From an uncultured Acidobacteriota bacterium (GTDB lineage: Bacteria; Acidobacteriota; Thermoanaerobaculia; Multivoradales; SZUA-115), in NCBI GenBank assembly GCA_963805975.1, contig CAWDVR010000001.1:480001-544000 (forward strand): a DNA stretch of 64,000 bases, in the 5' to 3' direction. The position numbers and the translations under genes are program-made. Below, one piece after another: positions 52,713 through 61,900 of this stretch; the first letter of the stretch is position 1; each line of letters begins with the position of its first letter. Under the pieces are notes generated by a model. The model had not been told where the DNA came from and made no database searches. It was given only the letters and a program-made list of their open reading frames with translations.

Positions 52713-53012
52713 TCAGCAGCTCACTCCCCAGGCAGGGTGGTCGAGCACGAAGCCGTCGTCCTCGGTGTAGTCGAGGGTGGCGCCGTCGAGCTCGGTGGTG
52801 GCACGGTGGTCGAGCACCAGCGGAACACCGTCCACCTCGATCCGGGTGTCCTCGTCGTCGGTCCGGCGGCTGGCGGCCAGGCGGAAGCCCATGGCGCCGC
52901 AGCCGCCGGCGAAGGCGATGCGCAGGGCCTGGCCCTGGGGCAGATCGCGGCGCGCGGCCTCGACGGCAGCGGGAGTGAGGTGGAGGCGCAAAGACCCCGC
53001 GTCAGCCCTCAT
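52713..53012 (-). CDS. HesB/IscA-like protein (GGCG)
   Basis: LTPAAVEA, LRIAFAGGCG, VDGVPLVLD, LDGATLDY. Confidence 0.75.
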   Translation of the reverse strand: MRADAGSLRLHLTPAAVEAARRDLPQGQALRIAFAGGCGAMGFRLAASRRTDDEDTRIEVDGVPLVLDHRATTELDGATLDYTEDDGFVLDHPAWGVSC

Positions 53013-53806
53013 CTCAGCACCACGTCCGCCACCACGCCCAGGTGGTCCGACAGCCGCGCCGGCACGGTGCGGTAGGAGGAGAAGGCGAGGTCGCGCGAGA
53101 TCAGGATCCAGTCCAGCCGGCGGCGGGGGCGGCGCGAGGGGTAGGTGGGCACCCGCGCCTCGGGCTCGAAGGCCTTCAACCCCAGCGTCTCGGTCAGCAG
53201 GTGCATGGTGCCGGGCTCGCGCTGCCAGCAGCAGTTGAGGTCGCCAAGGAGCACCAGGGGCCGGTCGCGGCCGGCCAGCACCTCGGTCAGGTGGCGGATG
53301 TGTTTGCGGCGCATGGCGGGGGTGAGGAAGTCGAGGTGCACGGAGGCGAGGTCGATCTCCTGGCCTTCCCACTCCGGCACCGACACGGTGGCGACCACGA
53401 AGCCCTTGGTGTCGCGCCAGGAGGCGCCGAAAGCGTGGGAGTCCGGCTCCTTGAGCGGCAGGCGTGCCAGGAGCGCCGTGCCGGAGGCCAGCTTCATGCG
53501 CCCGAAGCGGAAAGGGTTGTGCTCGCCGCGGAAGAAGTCGCCGAGGTCGGTCATCTGCGACAGCGCCGCCACGTGGTCGAAGTTGCCGCTCCAGGCCGAG
53601 GGCCCGTCGGCCTCCTGGAGCGCGACCACGTCGGGCCCCAGGCGCCGGACGGTGGCGGCGATGTCGGTCAGGTTGCGCTCGAGAGAGCCGTTCGAGACCA
53701 GCGCCTGGTGGGCGCGGTTGGAGCGGCCGTGGGCCACGTTCAAGGTCAGCAGGCGCAGCCTGCGGTCCCTCCCGGCTGCCGCCAAAGGCTCGACAGCCGG
53801 CTCCAT
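53009..53806 (-). CDS. endonuclease/exonuclease/phosphatase family protein
   Basis: TLNVAHG, DVVALQEAD, VHLD, LGDLN, TYPS, LDWIL, SDH. Confidence 0.9.
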   Translation of the reverse strand: MEPAVEPLAAAGRDRRLRLLTLNVAHGRSNRAHQALVSNGSLERNLTDIAATVRRLGPDVVALQEADGPSAWSGNFDHVAALSQMTDLGDFFRGEHNPFRFGRMKLASGTALLARLPLKEPDSHAFGASWRDTKGFVVATVSVPEWEGQEIDLASVHLDFLTPAMRRKHIRHLTEVLAGRDRPLVLLGDLNCCWQREPGTMHLLTETLGLKAFEPEARVPTYPSRRPRRRLDWILISRDLAFSSYRTVPARLSDHLGVVADVVLR

Positions 53807-53947
53807 CGCGCTCCAGGCCACTTCGTGCCCGGCGCGGTTCTGGTTGGCTGTGGGTAGCAAAGCGCGAATCCGTCTTTGCAGACGAACACCCCGCGAATCC
53901 TCTCGTCGCACCGTTCTAGGAAACCCTCCTGGGCAGCGGAATATTCT

Positions 53948-55828
53948 TCACCGGATGGGGCCGGGGACGGCCACCGCTTCTGCTTTGCGCGCCAGCACCT
54001 CGCGGATCTTCTGCGCCAACTGCTCGGCCGAGAAGGGCTTCTGCAAGAAGTCGACCTCCCCGGCCAGGATGCCGTGGCGCAGCACCACGTTGTCTGTGTA
54101 GCCGGAGACGAAGAGCACCGGCACCTCCGGCCACTCGCGGTGCAGGCGATCCCGGAGGTCGCGGCCGGAGAGGCCGGGCATCACCACGTCGGTCACCACC
54201 AGGTCGAACGGCCGCTCTCCTTCGCCGGCGCGCGCCAGGCGGAAGAGCGCGTCCTCGCCGTCGACGGCGGTGGTGACCTGGTAGCCCAGCTCGTGCAGCA
54301 CCTCCTTGATCGAGTGCCGGAGGTCGAGGTGGTCCTCGACCAGGAGCAGCGACTCGGTGCCGCGGGCCGCCGCCTGCTCGCGTACCGCCGCGGCCAGCTC
54401 CGGCCGTGCCTCGTGGCAGCGCGGCAGGTAGATCTTGAAGGTGGTGCCGCGGCCCGTTTCGCTGTAGACCCACAGGTGCCCGCCGGCCTGCTCGACGATG
54501 CCGTAGACGGTGGCGAGGCCGAGGCCGCTCGAGCCGCTGTCTCCCTTGGTGGTGAAGAAGGGCTCGAAGATCTTGTTGCGGATCGCCTGCGGGATGCCGG
54601 GCCCGTCGTCGGTCACGGTCAGCAGCACGAAGTCGCCGGCCGGGGGCAGGCCCTCGACCCGGTCCTCCCGCCTCTTGGTCACATTGCCGGTCTCGATCGT
54701 CACCTTGCCGCCGGTGGGCATGGCCTCGCGGGCGTTGACCAGCAGGTTGACGATCACCTGCTCGACCTGGGTGGGATCGACCCGCACCCGCCACAGGTCG
54801 AGCGACAGGCAGGTGGCGAGCTCGATGTCCTCGCCGATCAATTGCTGCATCATGCGCTCGAGGCCGCCCACGATCTCGTTGAGGTCCATCACCTGCGGCT
54901 GCACCGCCTGCCGGCGGCTGAACGCCAGCAGGCGCTTGATGAGGTCCGAGGCGCGGAAGCTGGTGGTGATGACCGCATCCATCTTCTCGGCCACCCGGCT
55001 GCCGGGCTCGGCCTTCATCTTCACCAGCTCGGCCTGGCCGGTGATCGCGGCCAGGTAGTTGTTGATGTCGTGGGCGATGCCCCCGGCCAGCCGGCCCACT
55101 GCTTCCATCTTCTGCGCCTGGAGCAGCCGCTCCTCGCTCTTGCGCAGGGCTTCCTCGGTCAGCCGCCGCCGCCGTTCCTTGCTCGCCAGGCCGAGAGCCG
55201 CCAGCAGGACCATCAGGCCCCAGCCCACCATGATGCCGTTGGCCAAGAGCCGCAAGCGCCGTTGCTGCGCGGCCAGATGATGGTGCAGCCCATCGGCCAG
55301 CTCCTGGGCCACGCCGGCGACCTCCAGGAAAGTGCGGTCGTACTCGCGGTCGACCGCCGAGCCGATGCCGACGCTCTCGCCCCGCACGTAGCCGTCCCGC
55401 CGGGCGCTGGTCAGGCGCGAGAACCCTTCGAGACGGCGTTCGAGATCCTGGGCCAGGGTGCGGAGCCGGGGATCGTCGAGCGGCGCGATGCGCGCTTCCT
55501 CGCCGAGCGAGCCGCCCGCGATCAGCATCCGGGCGCTGCCCACGGCGCGGCCGAACGAGGCGAGGACCCCGTCCATGTCCACCGCGTCGCCGGTCACGAA
55601 CTCCTCGATCCACAGGTGAGTGGTGGCGATCGAGGTCTGGATGTCGGAGACGATGCGCGCGCGGTCCGAGTTCTGTACCACCAGGCGCTCCTGCAGCCAG
55701 TTGCTGGTGAGGAGCAGGAGAATCGAGACCAGGCCCAGACCCAGCACGGCGAGCGGTGTCCAGTAGCCGCTCTCCGCGGCGCGCCGCAGCTCGGCCACCG
55801 GCTCGAGCGGCCCGCCGTGGTCGCTCAC
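53948..55828 (-). CDS. membrane hybrid histidine kinase (HisKA-HATPase-REC)
   Basis: Two TMs; GIAHDINN, NLLVNAREAM, DDGPGI, FEPFFTTK, GLGLA; REC with TDVVMP and KPF. Confidence 0.92.
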   Translation of the reverse strand: MSDHGGPLEPVAELRRAAESGYWTPLAVLGLGLVSILLLLTSNWLQERLVVQNSDRARIVSDIQTSIATTHLWIEEFVTGDAVDMDGVLASFGRAVGSARMLIAGGSLGEEARIAPLDDPRLRTLAQDLERRLEGFSRLTSARRDGYVRGESVGIGSAVDREYDRTFLEVAGVAQELADGLHHHLAAQQRRLRLLANGIMVGWGLMVLLAALGLASKERRRRLTEEALRKSEERLLQAQKMEAVGRLAGGIAHDINNYLAAITGQAELVKMKAEPGSRVAEKMDAVITTSFRASDLIKRLLAFSRRQAVQPQVMDLNEIVGGLERMMQQLIGEDIELATCLSLDLWRVRVDPTQVEQVIVNLLVNAREAMPTGGKVTIETGNVTKRREDRVEGLPPAGDFVLLTVTDDGPGIPQAIRNKIFEPFFTTKGDSGSSGLGLATVYGIVEQAGGHLWVYSETGRGTTFKIYLPRCHEARPELAAAVREQAAARGTESLLLVEDHLDLRHSIKEVLHELGYQVTTAVDGEDALFRLARAGEGERPFDLVVTDVVMPGLSGRDLRDRLHREWPEVPVLFVSGYTDNVVLRHGILAGEVDFLQKPFSAEQLAQKIREVLARKAEAVAVPGPIR

Positions 55829-56181
55829 CCGCCCTCCGGGGGCGCCAGCCGCCGCACCTGCGCGAGCAGATCGCTGAACGAGAAGGGCTTGAGGAGGCAG
55901 GCCTCCGCCAGCCCGCGAAGCTCTTCGGCGCGTTGGAGGTCGCCGGTCATGGCCAGCACCGGAAAGCGCCGGCCGGACGCGCGCCAGGCCGCCAGCAGCT
56001 CGCTGCCGGAAGGCGGCGGCAGGGTGGAGTCGAGGAGCACCAGATCATAGGCGCCGGCTTCGACGAGGGCGCGGGCCGCGGCACACGTGGCAGCGCGATC
56101 GACGGCGTGCCCTTCGCCGGCCAGGAGCTCGACGATCGCCTCGGCCAGCAAGGGCTCGTCCTCGACGACCAGGATCCTCAT
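55825..56181 (-). CDS. single-domain response regulator
   Basis: ILVVEDE, LVLLD, AMTG, KPF; stop overlaps the kinase start. Confidence 0.88.
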   Translation of the reverse strand: MRILVVEDEPLLAEAIVELLAGEGHAVDRAATCAAARALVEAGAYDLVLLDSTLPPPSGSELLAAWRASGRRFPVLAMTGDLQRAEELRGLAEACLLKPFSFSDLLAQVRRLAPPEGG

Positions 56182-56277
56182 CTCGGTCCTGCGGGCTGCA
56201 CCGCCAGGCAGTGTAACAGCAGGCTGGCGCGCTGCCGGTCATGGGCCGTTCATCCATCGGACCTACAATTCCGCTCC

Positions 56278-58104
56278 GTGAACGCGCGCGTCCTACTGCG
56301 GCTCCTGGTGCTGCTGGCCCTGGCCGCCTCGGGCTACCTCGTGCTCCGAGGGCTCGTCGGTGGGAGGAGAGAAGCGCCGCCGGTGGTGGCCAGGCTGGAG
56401 CCCGAGGCGTATGGCGAGGTGCTGTCCGCGGCGCGGGCGCGCCTCGAGAGCGGCGGCGGCCCGGCGACGGATCGGCCCCGTCTCGCCGACCGATCGCCGG
56501 CCGGCGATCGGCTGGTGGCCGTGAGCCTGTCGCGGCCGGCGGCGCCGGCGTGGGTCGCCTGGGGCCGTGGGCCGGACCTCGAGGCCGCCCTGACCCGGGC
56601 CGTCACCGACCTCGCACGGCGGAGCCATCCGGCGGCGCGGTCGGCGGGGCGATTGAAGATCGACGTCCTCGTGCGGCTCGATCCCGAGCGGACCTTCGAC
56701 GAGCAGGGCCGGGCGGACATCGAGCTCGGCCTGGACGGGCTCTGGTTGCCTGAAGCCGGCCTTTGGCTGCTGCCCGAGGAGATCTCGAGCCGGCGCCTGG
56801 TGCTGCCGGACGGCGACCTCCAGAGCGGCCGGCTGCGGCGCTACCTGGCGGAGGCTTCACCACCCTCGGGCAGGGTGATGGCCGATCCCGACGCCAACCC
56901 CGGCCGCGCCGGGATGCCGTACGCCACGGCCCGCTTCCTCTCGCTCGCCGAGGTCGAAGGGGGCGGGGTGATCGAGCTCTATCGTGGCAACGCGCTCGCA
57001 CCCGAGGTGGGGCCGGTGGCCCTGCTCGCCGCGGCCCGCGCCGGCGGTGAGTACCTGCTGCGCCATCAGCGCGCCGACGGTTCCTTCGGCTACAGCTATG
57101 AGCCCTGGGACGACGACCATGCGCGGGCCGACAACCTGCTGCGCCAGGCCGGCACCTGCTATTCACTCTTCGAGCTCTACGCTGCGACCGCCGACCGGCG
57201 GTTCCTCGAGGCCGGAGAGCGGGGGGTGGCGTGGCTCCGTACCTCCCTGCGCGCGCCCCGGCCCGAGGACGCGGCGCGAGGCGCGGACTTCGATGCCGTG
57301 GTGTCGCCGGGCGAGGAGGCCAAGCTCGGCGGAGCCGCGCTCCTGATGCTCGCCCTGCTCGAGCGCATCGAAGCCACGGGCGACCGCTCCACGCTGCCGG
57401 AGGTCCGGCGCCTGGGCCGCTTCCTCCTCTTCCAGCAGGACGGCGACGGGCATTTTCGGTCCAAGTACTTCTACGGCAAGCCGGACCCGGTGCCCTTCGA
57501 GTCCGTCTACTACCCGGGCGAGGCGATCCTCGCTCTCACCCGCCTCCACGCGCTGGACGGCAACGGCCCCTGGCTCGCCGCGGCGCGGAAGGCCGCGGAC
57601 TGGCTGATCCTGGTGCGCGACCGAGGCAAGGCGGTCGCCGCTCTGCCGCACGATCACTGGCTCCTGATCGGCCTCAACGAGCTCCACCCGCAGGCTCCCG
57701 AGGCGTATTACCTCGAGCACGCGCGTCGGGTGGGGGAGGCGATCCTCGGCGCCGAGCGTCGGCAGTCACCCCACCCGGACTGGATCGGCAGCTTCTACGA
57801 CCCGCCGCGCTCGACCCCGGCCGCGACCCGCTCCGAGGGCCTGGTGGCGCTCTACCACCTGGCCTCGCGCAACGGCCTCGATCCCGCGCCCTTTCGCGAG
57901 GCCCTGCTGCGCTTGGCGGCCTTCGAGCGCCGCTGCCAGATCGCCCCGGAGAGCGCCCTCTACCTGCCCCGACCCGACCGCGCTCTGGGCGGCTTCCGCC
58001 GCGGCCTCACCGACTGGGAAGTGCGCATCGACTACGTGCAGCACAACCTGTCGGCGTTCCTGGGGCTGAGGGGGATCCTGGCCCTCACGCCCGCCGGCTC
58101 TTGA
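56278..58104 (+). CDS. membrane-anchored protein with probable alpha/alpha-toroid domain, function unknown
   Basis: N-terminal TM; helical repeats YLLRHQRADGSF and FLLFQQDGDGHF; KLGGAAL, YYPGEAILAL, HDHW, RIDYVQH. Confidence 0.7.
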   Translation: MNARVLLRLLVLLALAASGYLVLRGLVGGRREAPPVVARLEPEAYGEVLSAARARLESGGGPATDRPRLADRSPAGDRLVAVSLSRPAAPAWVAWGRGPDLEAALTRAVTDLARRSHPAARSAGRLKIDVLVRLDPERTFDEQGRADIELGLDGLWLPEAGLWLLPEEISSRRLVLPDGDLQSGRLRRYLAEASPPSGRVMADPDANPGRAGMPYATARFLSLAEVEGGGVIELYRGNALAPEVGPVALLAAARAGGEYLLRHQRADGSFGYSYEPWDDDHARADNLLRQAGTCYSLFELYAATADRRFLEAGERGVAWLRTSLRAPRPEDAARGADFDAVVSPGEEAKLGGAALLMLALLERIEATGDRSTLPEVRRLGRFLLFQQDGDGHFRSKYFYGKPDPVPFESVYYPGEAILALTRLHALDGNGPWLAAARKAADWLILVRDRGKAVAALPHDHWLLIGLNELHPQAPEAYYLEHARRVGEAILGAERRQSPHPDWIGSFYDPPRSTPAATRSEGLVALYHLASRNGLDPAPFREALLRLAAFERRCQIAPESALYLPRPDRALGGFRRGLTDWEVRIDYVQHNLSAFLGLRGILALTPAGS

Positions 58105-58762
58105 GCACGTAGCCCACGCCTTTGAGGGTGTGGAGCAGGGCGCGCTCCTGCTGGCCGTCGATCTTGCGGCGCAGGCGGTGGACGGTGACGTCGACGACGT
58201 TGCTGAAGGAGTCGAAGGAGTCGTCCCATACGTGCTCGACGAGCTCGGCGCGGGAGACCACCTGGTCCACGCGCGAGAGCAGGAACTCGAGGATGGCGAA
58301 CTCCTTGGGCCGCAGCTCGAGCGCTTGGCCGGCCACCTGCACGGTCCGTTGGGCCCGGTCCATCTCGAGATCACCGGCCGAGAGCCGCGGTTGGAGGGGC
58401 TGCTGGCGGCGCCGCAGGAGGCTGCGGACGCGCGCCAGGAGCTCGCCGAACTGGAACGGCTTGGTGAGGTAGTCGTCGGCGCCCGAGTCGAGGCCGCCGA
58501 TCCGCTCGTCGAGGCCTGAGTGGCCGGTGAGCATCAGCACGGGCATGGCGTGGCCCTGCCGGCGCCAGGCGCGCAGCAGCTCGATGCCCGAGGGTGGCGG
58601 GATGCTCCAGTCGAGGATCACTAGGTCGTAGGGATTGATCTCGACCAGCTCGGCGGCCTCGGCACCGGTCGCCGCCGAGTCCACGGCATACGCCTCGGCG
58701 CGCAGCCGCTCGACCAGAGCTTCAGCCAGAACTTCTTCGTCCTCGACCACGAGGAGTCTCAT
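58085..58762 (-). CDS. OmpR/PhoB family DNA-binding response regulator
   Basis: REC domain, GADDYLTKPF, KEFAILE, NVVDVTVHRLRRKID, TLKGVGY. Confidence 0.93.
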   Translation of the reverse strand: MRLLVVEDEEVLAEALVERLRAEAYAVDSAATGAEAAELVEINPYDLVILDWSIPPPSGIELLRAWRRQGHAMPVLMLTGHSGLDERIGGLDSGADDYLTKPFQFGELLARVRSLLRRRQQPLQPRLSAGDLEMDRAQRTVQVAGQALELRPKEFAILEFLLSRVDQVVSRAELVEHVWDDSFDSFSNVVDVTVHRLRRKIDGQQERALLHTLKGVGYVLKSRRA

Positions 58763-58910
58763 CGTAGCTGGCGTTGTTCCTGTATAGCCTGATAGCTATC
58801 CTATCACTTCTTCGGAGTCTCCAGAACACCCAGGTTTAACGCTCTTGTAAGGATGGTTGTCCGAAACTGCCGCCATCCTCCGTCCCCTGAACCAAACTGG
58901 AGAACGACCG

Positions 58911-61900
58911 ATGAGAACCTTGCGACTCTCCCTCCGCCTCGCCGCCTTCGCCGCGGCGCTGGCGCTGCCCCTGACGGGGCAGGAATCGGACCCGATCCCG
59001 GACGCCGAACCGCCGCCGGTGTTCGAAGAGCCGGAAGCTGCCGCCGGCTGCGAGCGGCACGTCTACGCCAACGTCGTGGCGCTCGACCAGGTCTTCTACC
59101 TGAACCGGCTGGGCGCGTTCGAGCCCCAGGGGCAGGTGTACGCCCTGGAGCACGACGTCGTCCACCCGAGCTACAACCAGAACACTTGCACCGGCCCGGC
59201 GCCCTCGGCTGGCAACGCCGTGCTGCGCCGGGACAAACGGCCCCGGCCCCTGGTGCTGCGCATGAACGTGGGCGACTGCCTGCACATCCAGTTCAAGAAC
59301 TGGCTGGCGACCTCGCCTCGGGACGAGGAGCAGCCGCACACGCGCTCCGCCTCGATCCACGTGGTCGGCATGCAGTACGGCACCTCGATCGCGGACGGCG
59401 GCACCAATGTCGGCCTGAACCCGGCGGGCGGCGTGGTCAGCCCGGGCGGCACGGTCAATTACACGCTCTATGGCCAGGCCCCAGGCACCTTCCTGCTCTA
59501 CAACGGCGCGGTGATGGTCTCCGCCGGCGGCGAGGGCGGCACCATCTCGACCGGCCTCTTCGGTGCGGTGAACGTCGAGCCCAGGGGCGCCGAGTGGTAT
59601 CGCAGCCAGGTCACGGCGCACGACCTCCTCCAGGCCAACCTGCCGGTGCCGGACATCAACCCGTTCCCCAAGATCAATTACAACGCGACCTTCTCCGCCG
59701 GCAATGCGCCCTACTGCGGCGCCAACGGCAAGCCGATCCTCGCCATGCTGGGCGCCGGCAACACCACGGTCTACTCGGACCTGACGGCGATCATCACCGG
59801 ACCGAACCGTGGCCCCTTCGCCGCCGGCACCTTCCAGGAGCTCGGGGACATGTACCCCGAGCGCACCAAGCCCTACCGCGAGTTCACCATCATCTTCCAC
59901 GACGAGATCAACGCCGTGCAGGCCTTCCCGCACTTCAACGACGAGGTGCTGGCCCACACGCTGCACAGCGCGCGCGACGCCTTCGCCATCAACTACGGCA
60001 CCGGCGGCGCCGGCGCCGAGGTGCTGGCGAACCGGCTCAAGGTGGGTCCGATGCACCAGTGTGAAGAGTGCCTGTACGAGGAGTTCTTCCTCACCTCGTG
60101 GGCGGTGGGCGACCCGGCGATGGTGGTGGACAAGCCCGCGAACAACAACCTGGTGCGGCAGACGAGCCCCGGCGGCCCCACCATCCAGTGCACCACCCAG
60201 GACATCAAGGACGGCCGCAACTGCTATCCGGCCCAGGCCGGCCCTCAGGCGACCCGCGTCTTCTACCCGGACGACCCCTCGAACGTCTATCACTCCTACC
60301 TGAACGACCACGTCAAGTTCCGCAACCTGCACGCCGGGATCGAGGACCATCACATCTTCCACCTGCACGCCCACCAGTGGGTGCATTCCCCGGAGAGCGA
60401 CAAGTCCGCCTATCACGACAGCCAGTCGATCGGTCAGGGAGTGGGCTGGACCTACGACATCGCCTACAACGGCAGCGGCAACCGCAACCGCACGGTGGGC
60501 GACTCGATCTTCCACTGCCACTTCTACCCGCACTTCGCCCAGGGCATGTGGAGCCTGTGGCGGGTCCACGACGTGCTCGAGACCGGCACCCGGCTCACCA
60601 GCGAGGGCAAGCCCGTCCATTTCACCGACGGGAGCGGCAACGTCTTCGTGACCAACACCCGCGCGCTGCCGGACGGCGAGATCAAGACCGGCACGCCGAT
60701 CCCCGCCGTGGTGCCGATCCCCGGCCAACCGATGGCGCCGCTGCCGGCGCCGGTGCAACTGGTGAACGGCGACATCGGGCCCGCGGTGCCGGCCTCGAAC
60801 CCCGGCTACCCGTTCTTCGTCGCCGGCTCGGCCGGCCGCCGGCCGCCCCACCCGCCGCTCGACACGGCCTGGGACGGCGGCCTGCCGCGGCACGTGGTGA
60901 AGGAGGGCACCGTCGGCCTCGAGGAGCACAACCGACTGAGCTTCGACAAGCACCTCGACCAGATCAAGCCCCGCTGGGTGCCGGAGACCGGCACTCCGAC
61001 CGAGATCCTGGCCATGGACTTCCACTCGGCCGGCTATCACCTGACCGCCACTCCCGAGGGAGCAATGGGCCAGGCCTTCGGCGTCAACCACCGGCCGCCG
61101 GTGGCCGGCGCACCCTTCGCCGACCCCTGCGAGAAGCCGAATTCGTTCTTCGACCCCACGCCGCAGGAGCCGGTGAACTCCAATCGCACGCCGGACCGCA
61201 CCTACAAGGCGGCCAACATCCAGATGGACATGGTGTTCAACAAGGAGGGCTGGCACTACCCGCAGCAGCGCCTGCTGGCGCTGTGGGAGGACGTGATCCC
61301 CACCCTCTACGCCGAACGGGCGCCCGAGCCGCTCTTCATCCGCGCCAACGACGGCGAGTGCATCGAGTACCACCACACCAACCTGGTGCCGAAGACCTAC
61401 GAGGTCGACGACTACGAGGTCCGCACCCCGACCGACGTCATCGGCCAGCACATCCACCTGGTGAAGTTCGACGTCACCTCCTCGGACGGCAGCGGCAACG
61501 GCTTCAACTACGAGGACGGAGCCTTCAGCCCCGAAGAGGTGCAGAGCCGCATCCACGCCATCCGCACCGCCAACGGCTGCGGGCCGGGCGACTTCGATGC
61601 CTACCCCTACACTCAGCCCACCTGCCCGCACCCGCAGGAGCACCCGTTCTTCAAGCCGGAGGGCATCAACGCCAACTGTGACCAGGACTACCCGGACGAC
61701 TGGCTGGGCGCGCAGATCAACATCCAGCGCTGGTGGGCCGACCCGGCCCGCGACCAGAACGGCGTCAGCCGCACGCTGCGCACCGTGTTCACGCACGACC
61801 ATTTCGGCCCCTCGACCCACCAGCAGGTGGGCCTCTACGCCGGCCTGATCATCGAGCCCGCGGGCAGCCGCTGGTACGAGAACGAAGGCGTGGGCCAGCT

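Noticed and set aside
52700-52720. Terminal Cys-TGA of the HesB-like protein as a second selenocysteine
   Set aside because: The family's usual Sec position (GGxG) is already Cys here, read-through gives no meaningful sequence and runs into the convergent relic, and I saw no convincing SECIS.
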